52,450 bases of DNA from an uncultured Gemmatimonadales bacterium (GTDB lineage Bacteria; Gemmatimonadota; Gemmatimonadetes; Gemmatimonadales; Gemmatimonadaceae). This document shows positions 29,531 to 41,045 of this stretch, piece after piece. The translations under genes were made by a program, and so were the position numbers. Each line of letters opens with the position of its first letter. Position 1 is the first letter of the stretch. Under the pieces are notes generated by a model that did no database searches, had not been told where the DNA came from, and was given only the letters and a program-made list of their open reading frames with translations. The DNA is taken from NCBI GenBank assembly GCA_963793305.1, contig CAWBZV010000023.1, positions 1-52,450 on the forward strand. Reading direction: 5' to 3'.

Positions 29531-29686
29531 ATGGTGAGCCATCCGTCGCTCGAGCTGCTGATTGCGTTAGGCTGGATTGCGCTGGTGGCGCTGGCCAGCC
29601 GACCGCTGGTCGAGCTGGACGAGTCGGGCCACCAGGCGGCGCGCCCGGGACGCTCAGTCGTCGATCTCCCGACACGGCGTCCGTGA
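29531..29686 (+). CDS. Possible 51-aa single-TM protein
   Basis: GAGGGAG RBS, then MVSHPSLELLIALGWIALVALASRP... Confidence 0.4.
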   Translation: MVSHPSLELLIALGWIALVALASRPLVELDESGHQAARPGRSVVDLPTRRP

Positions 29687-29723
29687 TTCTGCTCTGTGGC
29701 TAACACCGTTTCGTCGATATTAT
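29657..29723 (+). promoter_or_regulatory. Operator box pair plus TATTAT
   Basis: GTCGTCG-ATC-TCCCGAC (29657), a weak box at 29679 and TATTAT at 29718. Confidence 0.5.
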
Positions 29724-29808
29724 CCAGTCCATGAACCGAAGACCGTCACGTCACGGCGCGATGCCGACCGCGACCTGACGCTCCCCTCCTCATAGCCTCG
29801 ACCTCACG

Positions 29809-30091
29809 ATGCCAAAATATGTGATTGAACGGACCATCCCGGGCGCCGGCAAACTCTCCGATAAGGACATTCACGACGTCTCGGCCAAATCGAACAGCGT
29901 CCTCCGTGGAGATGCAGACCGAAGGTGAAAACGTGCAATGGGTGGAGAGCTATGTGACGCCCGACAAGTTGTACTGCGTCTACAATGCGCCGAACGAAGC
30001 GGCGGTTCGCGAGCATGCCACGCGCGGTGGGTTCCCGGCCGATCGCGTCTCGGAAGTCAAACGGGTCATCGACCCGACGACCGGCGAGTAG
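29809..30091 (+). CDS. DUF4242 domain protein, frameshifted near 29908
   Basis: MPKYVIERTIPGAGKLS... continues as QWVESYVTPDKLYCVYNAPNEAAVREHA...GFPAD. Confidence 0.85.
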
Positions 30092-30746
30092 GTCGCGGAT
30101 ACCCGACGGTCTGGCCGAACAACGGACGTTGGTGACGGCCGAGGTCCAAGGCGTTGGTGATGCCCGCCCGGTCGCAGTTGTGGAACCAAGCGGCGAGTCC
30201 GGCAGAGGCGGCGAACAGATAGACGTTGGCCGCAATAAGACCGGTGTCGGCGTAGTAGTACGAACGCTGGACGGCGCGATCTCGGAGGCCGGGCTCCTGA
30301 TATCCGGCGCTGTGGGCCAGCTTGTCGATGTCGGCGATGTAGAGGAGTCGTACTGGCGCGCGGTCACCACTCCGGCGTTGGCCCGGTCCAATCGCCAGCG
30401 GACGGAGATCGCCCGCGACGATCGGCATCAGGAGATGACGTGGTGCATAGTAGCGATAGGTTCCGTGGCGCATGACGACGTAGACGTCGATCTCCTGGGA
30501 GTTGCTCGCCGATGCGGCCGTTCTGCCGGTCAGCCCGAACGGTCCTCGTTTTCGGTTGATGCCGCACGCCGCCCAGAGGAGATCCGAGAGCGTCTGTAAC
30601 GGGAGCGGTTCGGCGCTGACCTCGCGAATGGTTCGTCTGAGGCGCAAGGCGCGCGCGACCGTCTTGCTGCGCCGGAACGCGGGCCGGGGCAGGACGATCG
30701 CCTCGAGCTCGCCCTTATGAGTTGAACGAGAAGGGTGGGTAGGCAT
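30066..30746 (-). CDS. SagB/ThcOx-like nitroreductase family protein
   Basis: RRTIRE, LSDLLWAACGINR, RTAASASNSQEIDVYV, DTGLIAANVYL and FGQTVGYP. The start is uncertain. Confidence 0.85.
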   Translation of the reverse strand: MPTHPSRSTHKGELEAIVLPRPAFRRSKTVARALRLRRTIREVSAEPLPLQTLSDLLWAACGINRKRGPFGLTGRTAASASNSQEIDVYVVMRHGTYRYYAPRHLLMPIVAGDLRPLAIGPGQRRSGDRAPVRLLYIADIDKLAHSAGYQEPGLRDRAVQRSYYYADTGLIAANVYLFAASAGLAAWFHNCDRAGITNALDLGRHQRPLFGQTVGYPRPTRRSSGR

Positions 30747-31365
30747 CGGTCAGGAGTAACAGATACGCCTCGACGCGCAGATGCCAGCGGAGCATGCTCA
30801 CGCCGAAGGCGTACAGGCCGTTGGGAAATCGACCCGTGACGAGGATCGCGAACCAGGCGAGAATCGTCGTGAATGCCCACGCAATGCCGAGGAGCCAGAG
30901 GACAACGAGCTGCGGGATGGCGAGGACGATCCGAAATCCGACCACGATGCGATCGCGCGGCGTGTCGGGACCGATCAGATCGAGCGTCACTGGGTACGGC
31001 GCATCGCCGAATGGTGGATACTCATCGCGGAGGAGAGCGAGATAGGCCATCGCGCGGGCGCGCCAGCGGAGGTAAAACGCGGCGAGATCCCAGAGGCCCT
31101 GTGGTGCGCGACCCGAGAAGACGATCGCGAACCAGGCGATGATCGCTGCCATGGCGGCGACGGCGCCGAGTAGCCCGCCGCCGGCCGTCCACGTGACGTG
31201 GTCGTGCCCAGCACGCGGACGCGTCGTCCACGAGAGGACAGCGGCGGCCGGACCGCCCACGAGGATCAGATGTGGGAGACCGAGAAACAGGCGGAACGCC
31301 GTCGTGAGGCGATTGCGGTTGTCGATGGCTGGTGCGACCTCGACCTGGACCGGATACGGTGACAT
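30715..31365 (-). CDS. DUF4389 domain protein
   Basis: Two internal repeats, R..L..P....L ... WFAI...GR.P ... AY..LL.D.YPPF. Confidence 0.88.
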   Translation of the reverse strand: MSPYPVQVEVAPAIDNRNRLTTAFRLFLGLPHLILVGGPAAAVLSWTTRPRAGHDHVTWTAGGGLLGAVAAMAAIIAWFAIVFSGRAPQGLWDLAAFYLRWRARAMAYLALLRDEYPPFGDAPYPVTLDLIGPDTPRDRIVVGFRIVLAIPQLVVLWLLGIAWAFTTILAWFAILVTGRFPNGLYAFGVSMLRWHLRVEAYLLLLTDAYPPFSFNS

Positions 31366-31369
31366 CGGA

Positions 31370-31858
31370 TCATGCTCCCTGGGCAGGCACGGGCGGAGCG
31401 ACGGTCACGGCGAATGCTTCAATCTGCGATCGGAAGGCGCCCGACGCGATATCTCGATCCGTCACCGCGAGGCTGGCGCGCGGCGGTTTGCCGGCGAGGG
31501 CCTGCATCTGCGCGAAGACCGTGTCGCTGCCGTGGCCGCCCATGGTGCAGAAGAACGCGATGTCGCCCAGGCGATCGCGGTTGCCCATGAGGTACGCGCG
31601 CACTGGAGATGATAGCGCCGCTGCCCAGATGGGGGAGCCCACGAGTACAAGATCATAGGGCGACGGATCCTTGGACGGCGCGATCATCGAGGGAATCTGC
31701 TGGACTGCTTCGCGCGCCGAGCGAAGGTAGCCGATGATCCCCCGGCGGCTGCGGGGCTCGGTGATCTCGGCGACGTTGGCGTGCAGCGCCGCCGCGAGCG
31801 CGTGCGCGACCGTGCGCGTATGTCCCGTGCGCGAGTAGTACACGACGAGTGTTTTCAT
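31370..31858 (-). CDS. Flavodoxin family protein
   Basis: VVYYSRTGHT, VGSPIW and FFCTMGG. Confidence 0.9.
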   Translation of the reverse strand: MKTLVVYYSRTGHTRTVAHALAAALHANVAEITEPRSRRGIIGYLRSAREAVQQIPSMIAPSKDPSPYDLVLVGSPIWAAALSSPVRAYLMGNRDRLGDIAFFCTMGGHGSDTVFAQMQALAGKPPRASLAVTDRDIASGAFRSQIEAFAVTVAPPVPAQGA

Positions 31859-31893
31859 GGGCGGATAGGTACGATTGGCGGTCGCGATGCGGT

Positions 31894-32027
31894 GTCAGGG
31901 AGATCGTGCGTGATGTGAGGTACATCCCGACAACCGTGGTACCTGTCGGCTTTTCCCGTACGGCGAGTCGGATATTCTCCTCCTGTGAACCCCTGACGGT
32001 AGCGATAGCTTGGCGTGGTCGTAGCGT
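31894..32027. promoter_or_regulatory. Divergent promoter with four operator boxes
   Basis: Boxes at 31894, 31915 (GTGAGGT-ACA-TCCCGAC), 31945 (GTCGGCT-TTT-CCCGTAC) and 31981 (TCCTGTG-AAC-CCCTGAC). TAGCGT at 32022. Confidence 0.65.
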
Positions 32028-32050
32028 TCCCTCTTAGCCGGTAGGGTCGC

Positions 32051-32893
32051 ATGCGCACATACCACCGCGCTCTCGTGCTCAGTCTGCTCGTGACAGCCTG
32101 TGAGTCGAAGCAAACGCCTCCAGCGTCGTCAGCCCAGCCATCGTCCGTCTCCATCGAGGCCAGCGACTATGCGTTCGAGGCCCCGGCGCAGATTCCCGCT
32201 GGCGTCACGACGTTCCATCTCGTCAACCATGGGCCGGGGTTGCATCACGCGCTGTTCGTGCGCTTAGACAGTGGCAAGACAGTCTCCGATTTGATTGCGT
32301 CCCTCAAAGCACAGAACGCCGCGCCGGCGTGGGCGACCTACATTGGTGGTCCGAACGTGCCGGATCCGGGCAAGGAGTCGGCCGCGACGCTCGACATCGC
32401 GCCCGGCAACTACGCCATTCTCTGTATCCTCGACATGCCCGGCGGCGTGCCGCATTACATGCGCGGCATGTACCGCGCGCTGACCGTGACGCCGGCGCCG
32501 GCGACGGCCGACGGCACGCCGAAGGCCGTCGCACCGGCTGCGGACAACTCGATCAGACTGAGCGACTTCGTCTTCGCGCTTGCCAAACCGATTACGGCCG
32601 GCCCACACACGTTCGAGGTCGTGACTGCCCCCGGTCAGCCGCACGAGGTGCTGGTCGTGCAACTCAATGTTGGCAAGACGGCGCAGGATTACCTCGAGTG
32701 GGCCCGGACGTTGAAGGGTCCGGCGCCCGGGCATGCCGTGGGGGGCACGGCTGCCGCGGCTTCCGGCGTCTTGCAATCGTTTACCGCAACGTTCACACCG
32801 GGTGACTACGCGCTCCTCTGCCTCATCCCGGATGTGAAGAACGGGAAGCCGCACTTCATGGAAGGAATGGTGCAAACCATCACCGTGAACTGA
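32051..32893 (+). CDS. Lipoprotein with two cupredoxin-like domains
   Basis: Lipobox LVTAC, then H...CILDMPGGVPHYMRGM and H...CLIPDVKNGKPHFMEGM. Confidence 0.8.
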   Translation: MRTYHRALVLSLLVTACESKQTPPASSAQPSSVSIEASDYAFEAPAQIPAGVTTFHLVNHGPGLHHALFVRLDSGKTVSDLIASLKAQNAAPAWATYIGGPNVPDPGKESAATLDIAPGNYAILCILDMPGGVPHYMRGMYRALTVTPAPATADGTPKAVAPAADNSIRLSDFVFALAKPITAGPHTFEVVTAPGQPHEVLVVQLNVGKTAQDYLEWARTLKGPAPGHAVGGTAAAASGVLQSFTATFTPGDYALLCLIPDVKNGKPHFMEGMVQTITVN

Positions 32894-33026
32894 CGACAGC
32901 ACGCGGTGAGCTACGCATTGGTCGGTTGGCTGCGCTTCCTGCGGTCGGCGAGTCGTGTCGGCGCGTTAGCGTCGTGCGGCCAGCGTGGTCGCATCGTGAT
33001 CGCTTCCCAACCGATCGTTCGCGCGC

Positions 33027-33093
33027 CGCGCCGTTTACCCGACGCCGCGTGAGGGCGCCCCTGACACCGCTGTCGCTGGTTTGGCTCCATCAT
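33027..33093 (+). promoter_or_regulatory. Tandem operator boxes plus -10-like CATCAT
   Basis: CGCGCCG-TTT-ACCCGAC (33027), GTGAGGG-CGC-CCCTGAC (33049) and CATCAT at 33088. Confidence 0.7.
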
Positions 33094-33118
33094 CGGATTG
33101 GACTTTCCAGGAGGCGTT

Positions 33119-33781
33119 ATGTCCATCAAGACCGATGTCGAGCTGGAGCGGGATGTGCTGGCCGAGCTCCGTTGGGAGCCGAGCGTGACAGAGAAAGGGA
33201 TTGGCGTCAAGGTGAAGGAGGGCGTGGTGACGCTGCGTGGGACAGTGCCGAGCTTCGCCGAGAAGCATGGCGCGCTGATGGCCGCCGAGCGCGTGAAGGG
33301 TGTACGGGCAGTTGCCCAGGAGCTAGAGATCGCGCTCAACAAGGAAAATGAGCGGGCCGACCAGCTGCTCGCGCAGGCGGCCTCGACCGCGATCGAGTGG
33401 AACACCTACGTGCCGCGTGGTCAGGTGACCGTCGTCGTCGAGAAGGGATGGGTGACGCTGAACGGCATGCTGGATCACGAGTATCAGCGCGGCGAAGCCG
33501 AGGGGTCGTTGCGGAGTCTCGTCGGGCTGCGCGGCATTACGAATTTGATCACGGTCAAGCCGCGGGTGGCGACCGCGCAGTCGGTGAAGGGTGAGATCGA
33601 AGCCGCGCTCAAGCGTCACGCCGAGGTCGACTCGAGCCGGATCTCGGTGCAGATCGCCGGTCAGAAGGTCACATTGCGCGGTAGTGTGCCGTCGTGGCCC
33701 GAGCGGCGCGAAGCGGAGCGTGCGGCCTGGTCAGCACCGGGCATCCTCGAAGTCGAGGATCTCATTACGGTGACCGGTTGA
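33119..33781 (+). CDS. OsmY-like protein with three BON domains
   Basis: AGGAGG RBS; ELRWEPSV, GVVTLRGTV, GWVTLNG and AAWSAPG. Confidence 0.93.
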   Translation: MSIKTDVELERDVLAELRWEPSVTEKGIGVKVKEGVVTLRGTVPSFAEKHGALMAAERVKGVRAVAQELEIALNKENERADQLLAQAASTAIEWNTYVPRGQVTVVVEKGWVTLNGMLDHEYQRGEAEGSLRSLVGLRGITNLITVKPRVATAQSVKGEIEAALKRHAEVDSSRISVQIAGQKVTLRGSVPSWPERREAERAAWSAPGILEVEDLITVTG

Positions 33782-33804
33782 CGTCAAGCGTGCGCTCGCG
33801 AGGA

Positions 33805-33860
33805 TCAGCGCTGATATCCGATCGTCTGTCCGAACAGGACGCGCTGATCCTCGCGTAAGT
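33805..33860 (-). pseudogene. 3' remnant of a SagB-like nitroreductase
   Basis: LREDQRVLFGQTIGYQR* matches LGRHQRPLFGQTVGYPR of 30066-30746. Confidence 0.6.
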
Positions 33861-33957
33861 GGTACAGAAGTAAGCCACGTCCGCCGGCCGCGATTGGGCC
33901 ATCAGATTGGTGCGCATCGGCTGATTCCGAGTGGTGTCCAGGGACTCCGCTCACCGT

Positions 33958-33974
33958 GTGGGGCAAAGCCTGAC
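33958..33974. promoter_or_regulatory. Operator box upstream of L,D-transpeptidase operon
   Basis: GTGGGGC-AAA-GCCTGAC, with a weak partner at 33936. Confidence 0.5.
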
Positions 33975-34009
33975 GACGTCCGGTGTGGGGGATCGGATAT
34001 TGAGGTCGT

Positions 34010-35503
34010 ATGAGTCGATTCCTCGCGCTCCTCGTCTTGGCCATACCGTTTGACACCGGCAATCGGCCACTGTGGTTCGATGTGGACGGTCGGCCCAACG
34101 CGGCCGCCCACGCGCTGATTGCGAGCTTGCTCACGATCGATAGTCGCGGCCTCGATCCGACGGACTACGCCGCCGCGCGCTGGCGGGAGGTTGCCGCCAC
34201 ACTGGACTTGGGGCCGCGGAAGAGTGACTCGGTCCTGGCTGAGTTCGACGCGGGGCTTTCGGCGGTGTTCGAGGCTGCGCTCTGCGATCTGCATGCTGGG
34301 CGAGTCGACCCGGGCGATCTGGGCTACCGGCTTCACGGCAAACGACAGGACTGCGACCTGACCACACTCGCGCGCGACGCGCTGGCGACCGGGCACATCG
34401 CGGACGCGTTCGCGCAGGCGGAGCCGCATCTGGCGCAATATCGCCATCTCGAGTCGGCCCTGGCCTTCTATCGCGGGCTCGATCAGGACTCTACCGTCGG
34501 GCCGGTGTTCCTCCCGCGGCACACGATTCACCCCGGCGACTCGATGCCGTCCGCCGAGGTGCTCCGTCGGTGGCTCATCGCGCTCGGCGATCTCCCATTG
34601 GTCGCTCCAACGACCGACCGAATCTATGACGAGGTGCTCGTCCGCGGCGTGCGCACGTTCCAACGGCGGCGCGGACTGGATTCGAGCGGCGTCATCGGAC
34701 CGGAGACCATCGCGGCCCTTCGCGAACCGGCGTCGTGGTACGTGCGGCGACTGGCGCTGGCACTCGAGCGTCTGCGGTGGGTGCCGGACCGCGACACGGC
34801 CCAAGTGATCGTCGTGGACATTCCCGCGTTTCGGCTCTGGGCGCTCGATTCGATCCAATCTGATGCGCCGCCGACGCTGGCGATGAACGCGATTGTCGGC
34901 CAGGCGCTCAAGAAGCAGACACCGGTGCTGGATGAGACCATGCGCGCGGTCGTGTTTCGTCCGTACTGGGACGTCCCGTCGGCGATTGCGCGCCGGGAAA
35001 TTGTTCCGACGCTTCGCCGAAACCCGCACTATCTGGATGAGAACGACATGGAGCTCGTGCCGAATGTCCCACTCGCCAAGGCGATCGTGGGTCTCGCCTC
35101 CGGCGCGGTTCGGGTTCGGCAGCGACCTGGCCCCGCGAATGCATTGGGGCTCGTCAAGTTCGTATTCCCGAACGATCTCGACATCTACATGCATGGGACA
35201 CCTGCGGCAGAGCTCTTCCAGCGGACGCGGCGCGATTTCAGCCATGGTTGCATTCGCGTGCAGGATCCGGCGAGACTGGCCGAGTACGTGTTACGCGGCA
35301 ACGCCGGATGGACGCGCGATCGCATCGACTCGGCGATGCATGGTGACCAGCCACTCGAGGTCGAGCTGGCCCGGCCGATTCCTGTGTTGATCTTCTACGC
35401 GACGACCGTCGTGTGGCCCGACGGGACCGTGGCGTTCTATCCCGACGTGTACGGCCACGACGCGCGCCTCGATCGGGCGCTCCACGGGAGAACCCATGTT
35501 TAG
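34010..35503 (+). CDS. YcbB/LdtD-like L,D-transpeptidase
   Basis: PG-binding domain (FQRRRGL), PYWDVP, IYMHGTP and FSHGCIRV. Confidence 0.92.
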   Translation: MSRFLALLVLAIPFDTGNRPLWFDVDGRPNAAAHALIASLLTIDSRGLDPTDYAAARWREVAATLDLGPRKSDSVLAEFDAGLSAVFEAALCDLHAGRVDPGDLGYRLHGKRQDCDLTTLARDALATGHIADAFAQAEPHLAQYRHLESALAFYRGLDQDSTVGPVFLPRHTIHPGDSMPSAEVLRRWLIALGDLPLVAPTTDRIYDEVLVRGVRTFQRRRGLDSSGVIGPETIAALREPASWYVRRLALALERLRWVPDRDTAQVIVVDIPAFRLWALDSIQSDAPPTLAMNAIVGQALKKQTPVLDETMRAVVFRPYWDVPSAIARREIVPTLRRNPHYLDENDMELVPNVPLAKAIVGLASGAVRVRQRPGPANALGLVKFVFPNDLDIYMHGTPAAELFQRTRRDFSHGCIRVQDPARLAEYVLRGNAGWTRDRIDSAMHGDQPLEVELARPIPVLIFYATTVVWPDGTVAFYPDVYGHDARLDRALHGRTHV

Positions 35504-36164
35504 GCACAACGTATCCATCAAAGTCGATGGCCTACGCCTCGATGGCCATTTGACGGTTCCGGACAACGTGGCGGGAACGGTGCTGTTCGCGCATGGCAGT
35601 GGGAGCGGTCGCCACTCGACGCGCAATCAACTGGTCGCGGGCGCACTGAATGCCGCGGGGCTCGCGACGCTGCTGTTCGATCTTCTCACGCCGGCGGAGG
35701 AACACCTCGACGCGTCGACCGGGCATCTGCGGTTCGACACGACGCTGCTCGGATTCCGGCTCGGTGCCGCGACGGACTGGTTGCACAACGAGGCGCTCGC
35801 GCCCGACCCGATTGGATACTTCGGCGCAAGCACCGGTGCGGCGGCGGCGATCCGCGCCGCGACCGGCCGGGCGGGTGTCGTGCGTGCGATCGTGTCGCGC
35901 GGTGGTCGACCTGATCTCGCGCAGGACGCGCTCGAAGCGTTGCAGACGCCAACGCTGTTGATCGTCGGTGGCGCCGATCGCGCCGTGGTGGAGCGCAACG
36001 CCGAGGCCTTCCATCGCCTGCGCTGCGAGAAAGAGATGGTGATCATTCCCGGAGCGACGCACCTCTTTCCGGAACCTGGCGCGCTCGGCGAGGTGGCCCG
36101 ATTGGCGAGCAGCTGGTTCGCGCGCCATCTCACTGCGGCGCGGGTTCCGGAGGCGGCATGGTGA
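35496..36164 (+). CDS. Dienelactone-hydrolase-like alpha/beta hydrolase
   Basis: LFAHGSGSGRHS, GYFGASTGAAA, VSRGGRPDLA and GATHLF. Confidence 0.9.
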   Translation: MFRHNVSIKVDGLRLDGHLTVPDNVAGTVLFAHGSGSGRHSTRNQLVAGALNAAGLATLLFDLLTPAEEHLDASTGHLRFDTTLLGFRLGAATDWLHNEALAPDPIGYFGASTGAAAAIRAATGRAGVVRAIVSRGGRPDLAQDALEALQTPTLLIVGGADRAVVERNAEAFHRLRCEKEMVIIPGATHLFPEPGALGEVARLASSWFARHLTAARVPEAAW

Positions 36165-36936
36165 CGAGACCCAATGGCCCCGTGGTCATCGCCACACGAG
36201 GCGACCCGAGTTCCGCCGCCGCCGTGCGCGTCGGCGGCACGTTCGCCGCTCACCACCATCGCCCGCTCGCCGTCGTCGCGATCGTGCGACCGGCTGTCTC
36301 GTCCGGCATCTTGTCCGCGGCCTGCGCCGAGACCGTGCACGACGCGGCGTGCCAGGCGATCGCGTCACGCGTGCGGGCGCAACTTGCTGAGACGATTCCG
36401 AGCGTGCGGGCGACGGTCAGCGTCGAGTTGGGTGATCCGGTCGAGGGCATCGTCGATTATGCCGACACCGTCGGCGCCTCATTGATCGTGCTTGGCGTCG
36501 GGCGGCACGAAGCGCTCGACCGTCTGCTGGGGCTCGAGACTGCCGTCAGCGTGATGCGTCGCGCGCACGCGCCCGTGCTGGCTGTGGCCCACGACGCACA
36601 AGTGCAGACGGCGGTTGTGGCGCTGGCGACGGACTTCGGCTCAGCGGCATTCGAGGCCGCTCGCGTCGCCCTCGAGATCGCCATGCCCGACGCGCATGTG
36701 CACCTGTTGCACGTGGCGGCGTCGTGCACGGAGGCGTTGCCACGACTCGAGGCGCTCGCCGAGAGGCTGCCGGTGACCACGCACCTCCATGTCCTGACCG
36801 GCGACCCGGCGCACGCGCTGACCGACTTCTGCGGCGAGAACGGCGTCGAGTTGATCGCGCTCGGCAGTCATGGGGGGCGTAGTCTGGCGGAGCACGTGTT
36901 GTGCACCGCCCATTGCTCGGTGCTGGTCGTGCCGTC

Positions 36937-36946
<10 letters not shown>
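36158..36946 (+). CDS. Universal stress protein (tandem Usp domains)
   Basis: GDP...ASLIVLG...RLLG.ETA, ALATDF and LIALGSHG...CSVLVVP. Confidence 0.88.
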
Positions 36947-39026
<2,080 letters not shown>

Positions 39027-39028
39027 CG

Positions 39029-40267
39029 TCAGAGGCGCGGGGCGGGTGCCGTCTTGGTGCTGCGCTGCTCGGACACGATGACCCGATCATCCGGCTCGAG
39101 CGCGCTCTGAACGATCTCCGTGTTCGTGTCGTCGTCGAGACCGAGGGTGGCCGCCACGCGAACGGGCTGTCCCTGGCGCAGCACCCAGAGGTGGGCCGCC
39201 GAGGCTGGCCCGGTGGACGCTCCGCGGAATCCGCCGGGGACATAGCGTAGTGCCTGATCGGGAACTCGAGGAACGTTCCGGCGGCGGGCCGTCACGATCC
39301 GTGTCGTCGCGGTCATGCCGGGCTTGAGCGCGAGGTCGGCGTTGCTCACGGTCACCACGACGTCGTAGGTCACGACGTTCTGCACTGTCTGGGGCGATTG
39401 ACGGACCTGAGCGACGACGCCGGTGAAGACGCGATCGGGGAACGCCTCGACGGTGAACGTGGCCGTGTCGCCTTCCTTCGTGCCGCCGATGTCGCTCTCG
39501 CTGATGTTCGCGTCGACCTCCATCTTCGTGAGGTCGGTGGCGATCAGGAACATGGTCGGAGTCTGAAAGCTCGCGGCCACGGTCTGGCCCATGGTGACAT
39601 TGCGGGAGACGACGGTGCCGTTGACCGGTGACACGATGTTGGTGTAGCCGAGGTTGATCTGCGCGGCTTCGAGGGCGGCCTGGCGCTGGGCGATGGCGGC
39701 CGAGTCGAGCGCGATCTGTGCTTGGGCCTGGTCGTAGAGGTCTTGCGAGTTGTCGAGTGCATCGCGCGTCACGTAGTCGTGCTGTTGCAGCGCGACATTC
39801 CGCTCGTACGTGATCTTCGCGTAGGACAAATTTGCGCGGTCCTTGATCAGCTGCGCTTTGGTTGTCTCGAGGTTCGCGCGGGCCTGATCGACCGCCGTTT
39901 GGTAGGGGCGTGGGTCGATCTTGGCGCAGATCTGGCCTTTTTTGACGCGCGTGTTGAAATCGCAATACAGCTGCTGGATCACGCCGGAGACGTAGGTCCC
40001 GACGATAATGGTCAGGACCGGATTGACGGTGCCGGTGGCGGTGACTGCCCGGGTGACGTTGCCCTGGGTGACGGCCACGGTCGTATAGCGGACCGTGGGC
40101 GGGCGATGCGTAACCCACCATATGAGCACGGCGCTCACGACGACGATCGGTGGGACGACGGCGAGCCAGCGCCGACGCGCGTGCCGCGTGGGGCGGCGTT
40201 CCGTCGCCGTGGTTGGCGGCGGTGCCGGTGGTGCGACGGTGCGTGGTGGTGTGAGAACGTCTGGCAT
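39029..40267 (-). CDS. macA: MacA-type periplasmic adaptor subunit
   Basis: TM, then ATGTVNP, IVSPVNGTVVSRNV..GQTVAASFQTP and LKPGMTA. Confidence 0.9.
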   Translation of the reverse strand: MPDVLTPPRTVAPPAPPPTTATERRPTRHARRRWLAVVPPIVVVSAVLIWWVTHRPPTVRYTTVAVTQGNVTRAVTATGTVNPVLTIIVGTYVSGVIQQLYCDFNTRVKKGQICAKIDPRPYQTAVDQARANLETTKAQLIKDRANLSYAKITYERNVALQQHDYVTRDALDNSQDLYDQAQAQIALDSAAIAQRQAALEAAQINLGYTNIVSPVNGTVVSRNVTMGQTVAASFQTPTMFLIATDLTKMEVDANISESDIGGTKEGDTATFTVEAFPDRVFTGVVAQVRQSPQTVQNVVTYDVVVTVSNADLALKPGMTATTRIVTARRRNVPRVPDQALRYVPGGFRGASTGPASAAHLWVLRQGQPVRVAATLGLDDDTNTEIVQSALEPDDRVIVSEQRSTKTAPAPRL

Positions 40268-40274
40268 ATCGTGA

Positions 40275-40318
40275 ACGATGGCGCGTGTGCGCGCGGTATC
40301 TGTCGGCGATCCCCTGAC
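40275..40318. promoter_or_regulatory. Operator box in divergent macA / DUF4136-USP promoter
   Basis: GTCGGCG-ATC-CCCTGAC (40302), with CATCGT on the minus strand at 40280-40275. Confidence 0.65.
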
Positions 40319-40374
40319 ACGACGAGAGGGTGTGGCCGACGCTTGCGGCAACGCGCGACCCCCATCATGTGCCC

Positions 40375-40497
40375 ATGTCGATTCTTCTCATTGGACTCAT
40401 GTTCATGGCGGCCGACCTCGTGCTGGGAATGGTTGTCGGCAACGTGCTGCAGCACCACGCGGAACCGGTGCGGATCGTTCGCCGGGGGACCGCATGA
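40375..40497 (+). CDS. 40-aa single-TM protein
   Basis: MSILLIGLMFMAADLVLGMVVGNVLQHHAEPVRIVRRGTA. The stop overlaps the next ATG (ATGA). Confidence 0.55.
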   Translation: MSILLIGLMFMAADLVLGMVVGNVLQHHAEPVRIVRRGTA

Positions 40498-41045
40498 GAC
40501 GGCTCTTCGCTGCCGCAGTGGTGACCGTTGGCGCGTGCGCACCCGGTGTGCACGTGCGGACGTCCACCGCGCCCGACGCTACGTTCACGCGTGATCGCAC
40601 GTTCCGTTTCCTTCCCGTGCCGGCGGTGAATCGCGCAGTGCGTATCGAGATCACTCGGGCGCTCGAGGAGCGTGGCTATCGAGCGGCGAGCCCGACGGCC
40701 GATCTCTCGATCGCCTACTATGTTGGAACGACCTCGCGTTTTTCCGCGCGCTCCGATGATCGGGTCGAGGAGTTCATGGGACTGCCGTGGGGATGGTGGC
40801 CGGAGCGGGAAGTGCTCGTGTCCGACCGCGGCACCGTCATCATCGACATCTTCGATGGCAGTGGCTTGCATCTCGAGTGGCGGGGCACCGGTACGTCCGA
40901 TTTTCCGGACGATCCTGTCGACTCGGCGGCCGCCGTTGGCCGGCTCGCCCACCGGATCATGCACGATTTCCTGGGTTACCCGACCGGGGAGCCCTGGCCA
41001 CGGCCCGTGGCTATATCTTCCTGCACGATATGCCCGCCATTCTGA
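40494..41045 (+). CDS. DUF4136 lipoprotein
   Basis: Lipobox VGAC; ALEERGY, ADLSIAY and GTVIIDIFD...WRG. Confidence 0.85.
   Translation: MRRLFAAAVVTVGACAPGVHVRTSTAPDATFTRDRTFRFLPVPAVNRAVRIEITRALEERGYRAASPTADLSIAYYVGTTSRFSARSDDRVEEFMGLPWGWWPEREVLVSDRGTVIIDIFDGSGLHLEWRGTGTSDFPDDPVDSAAAVGRLAHRIMHDFLGYPTGEPWPRPVAISSCTICPPF

Noticed and set aside
33778..33787. TTGACGTCAA as an FNR/FixK site
   Set aside because: It lacks the N4 spacer and lies at a gene 3' end. I noticed no canonical TTGAT-N4-ATCAA upstream of nirK or the USPs.
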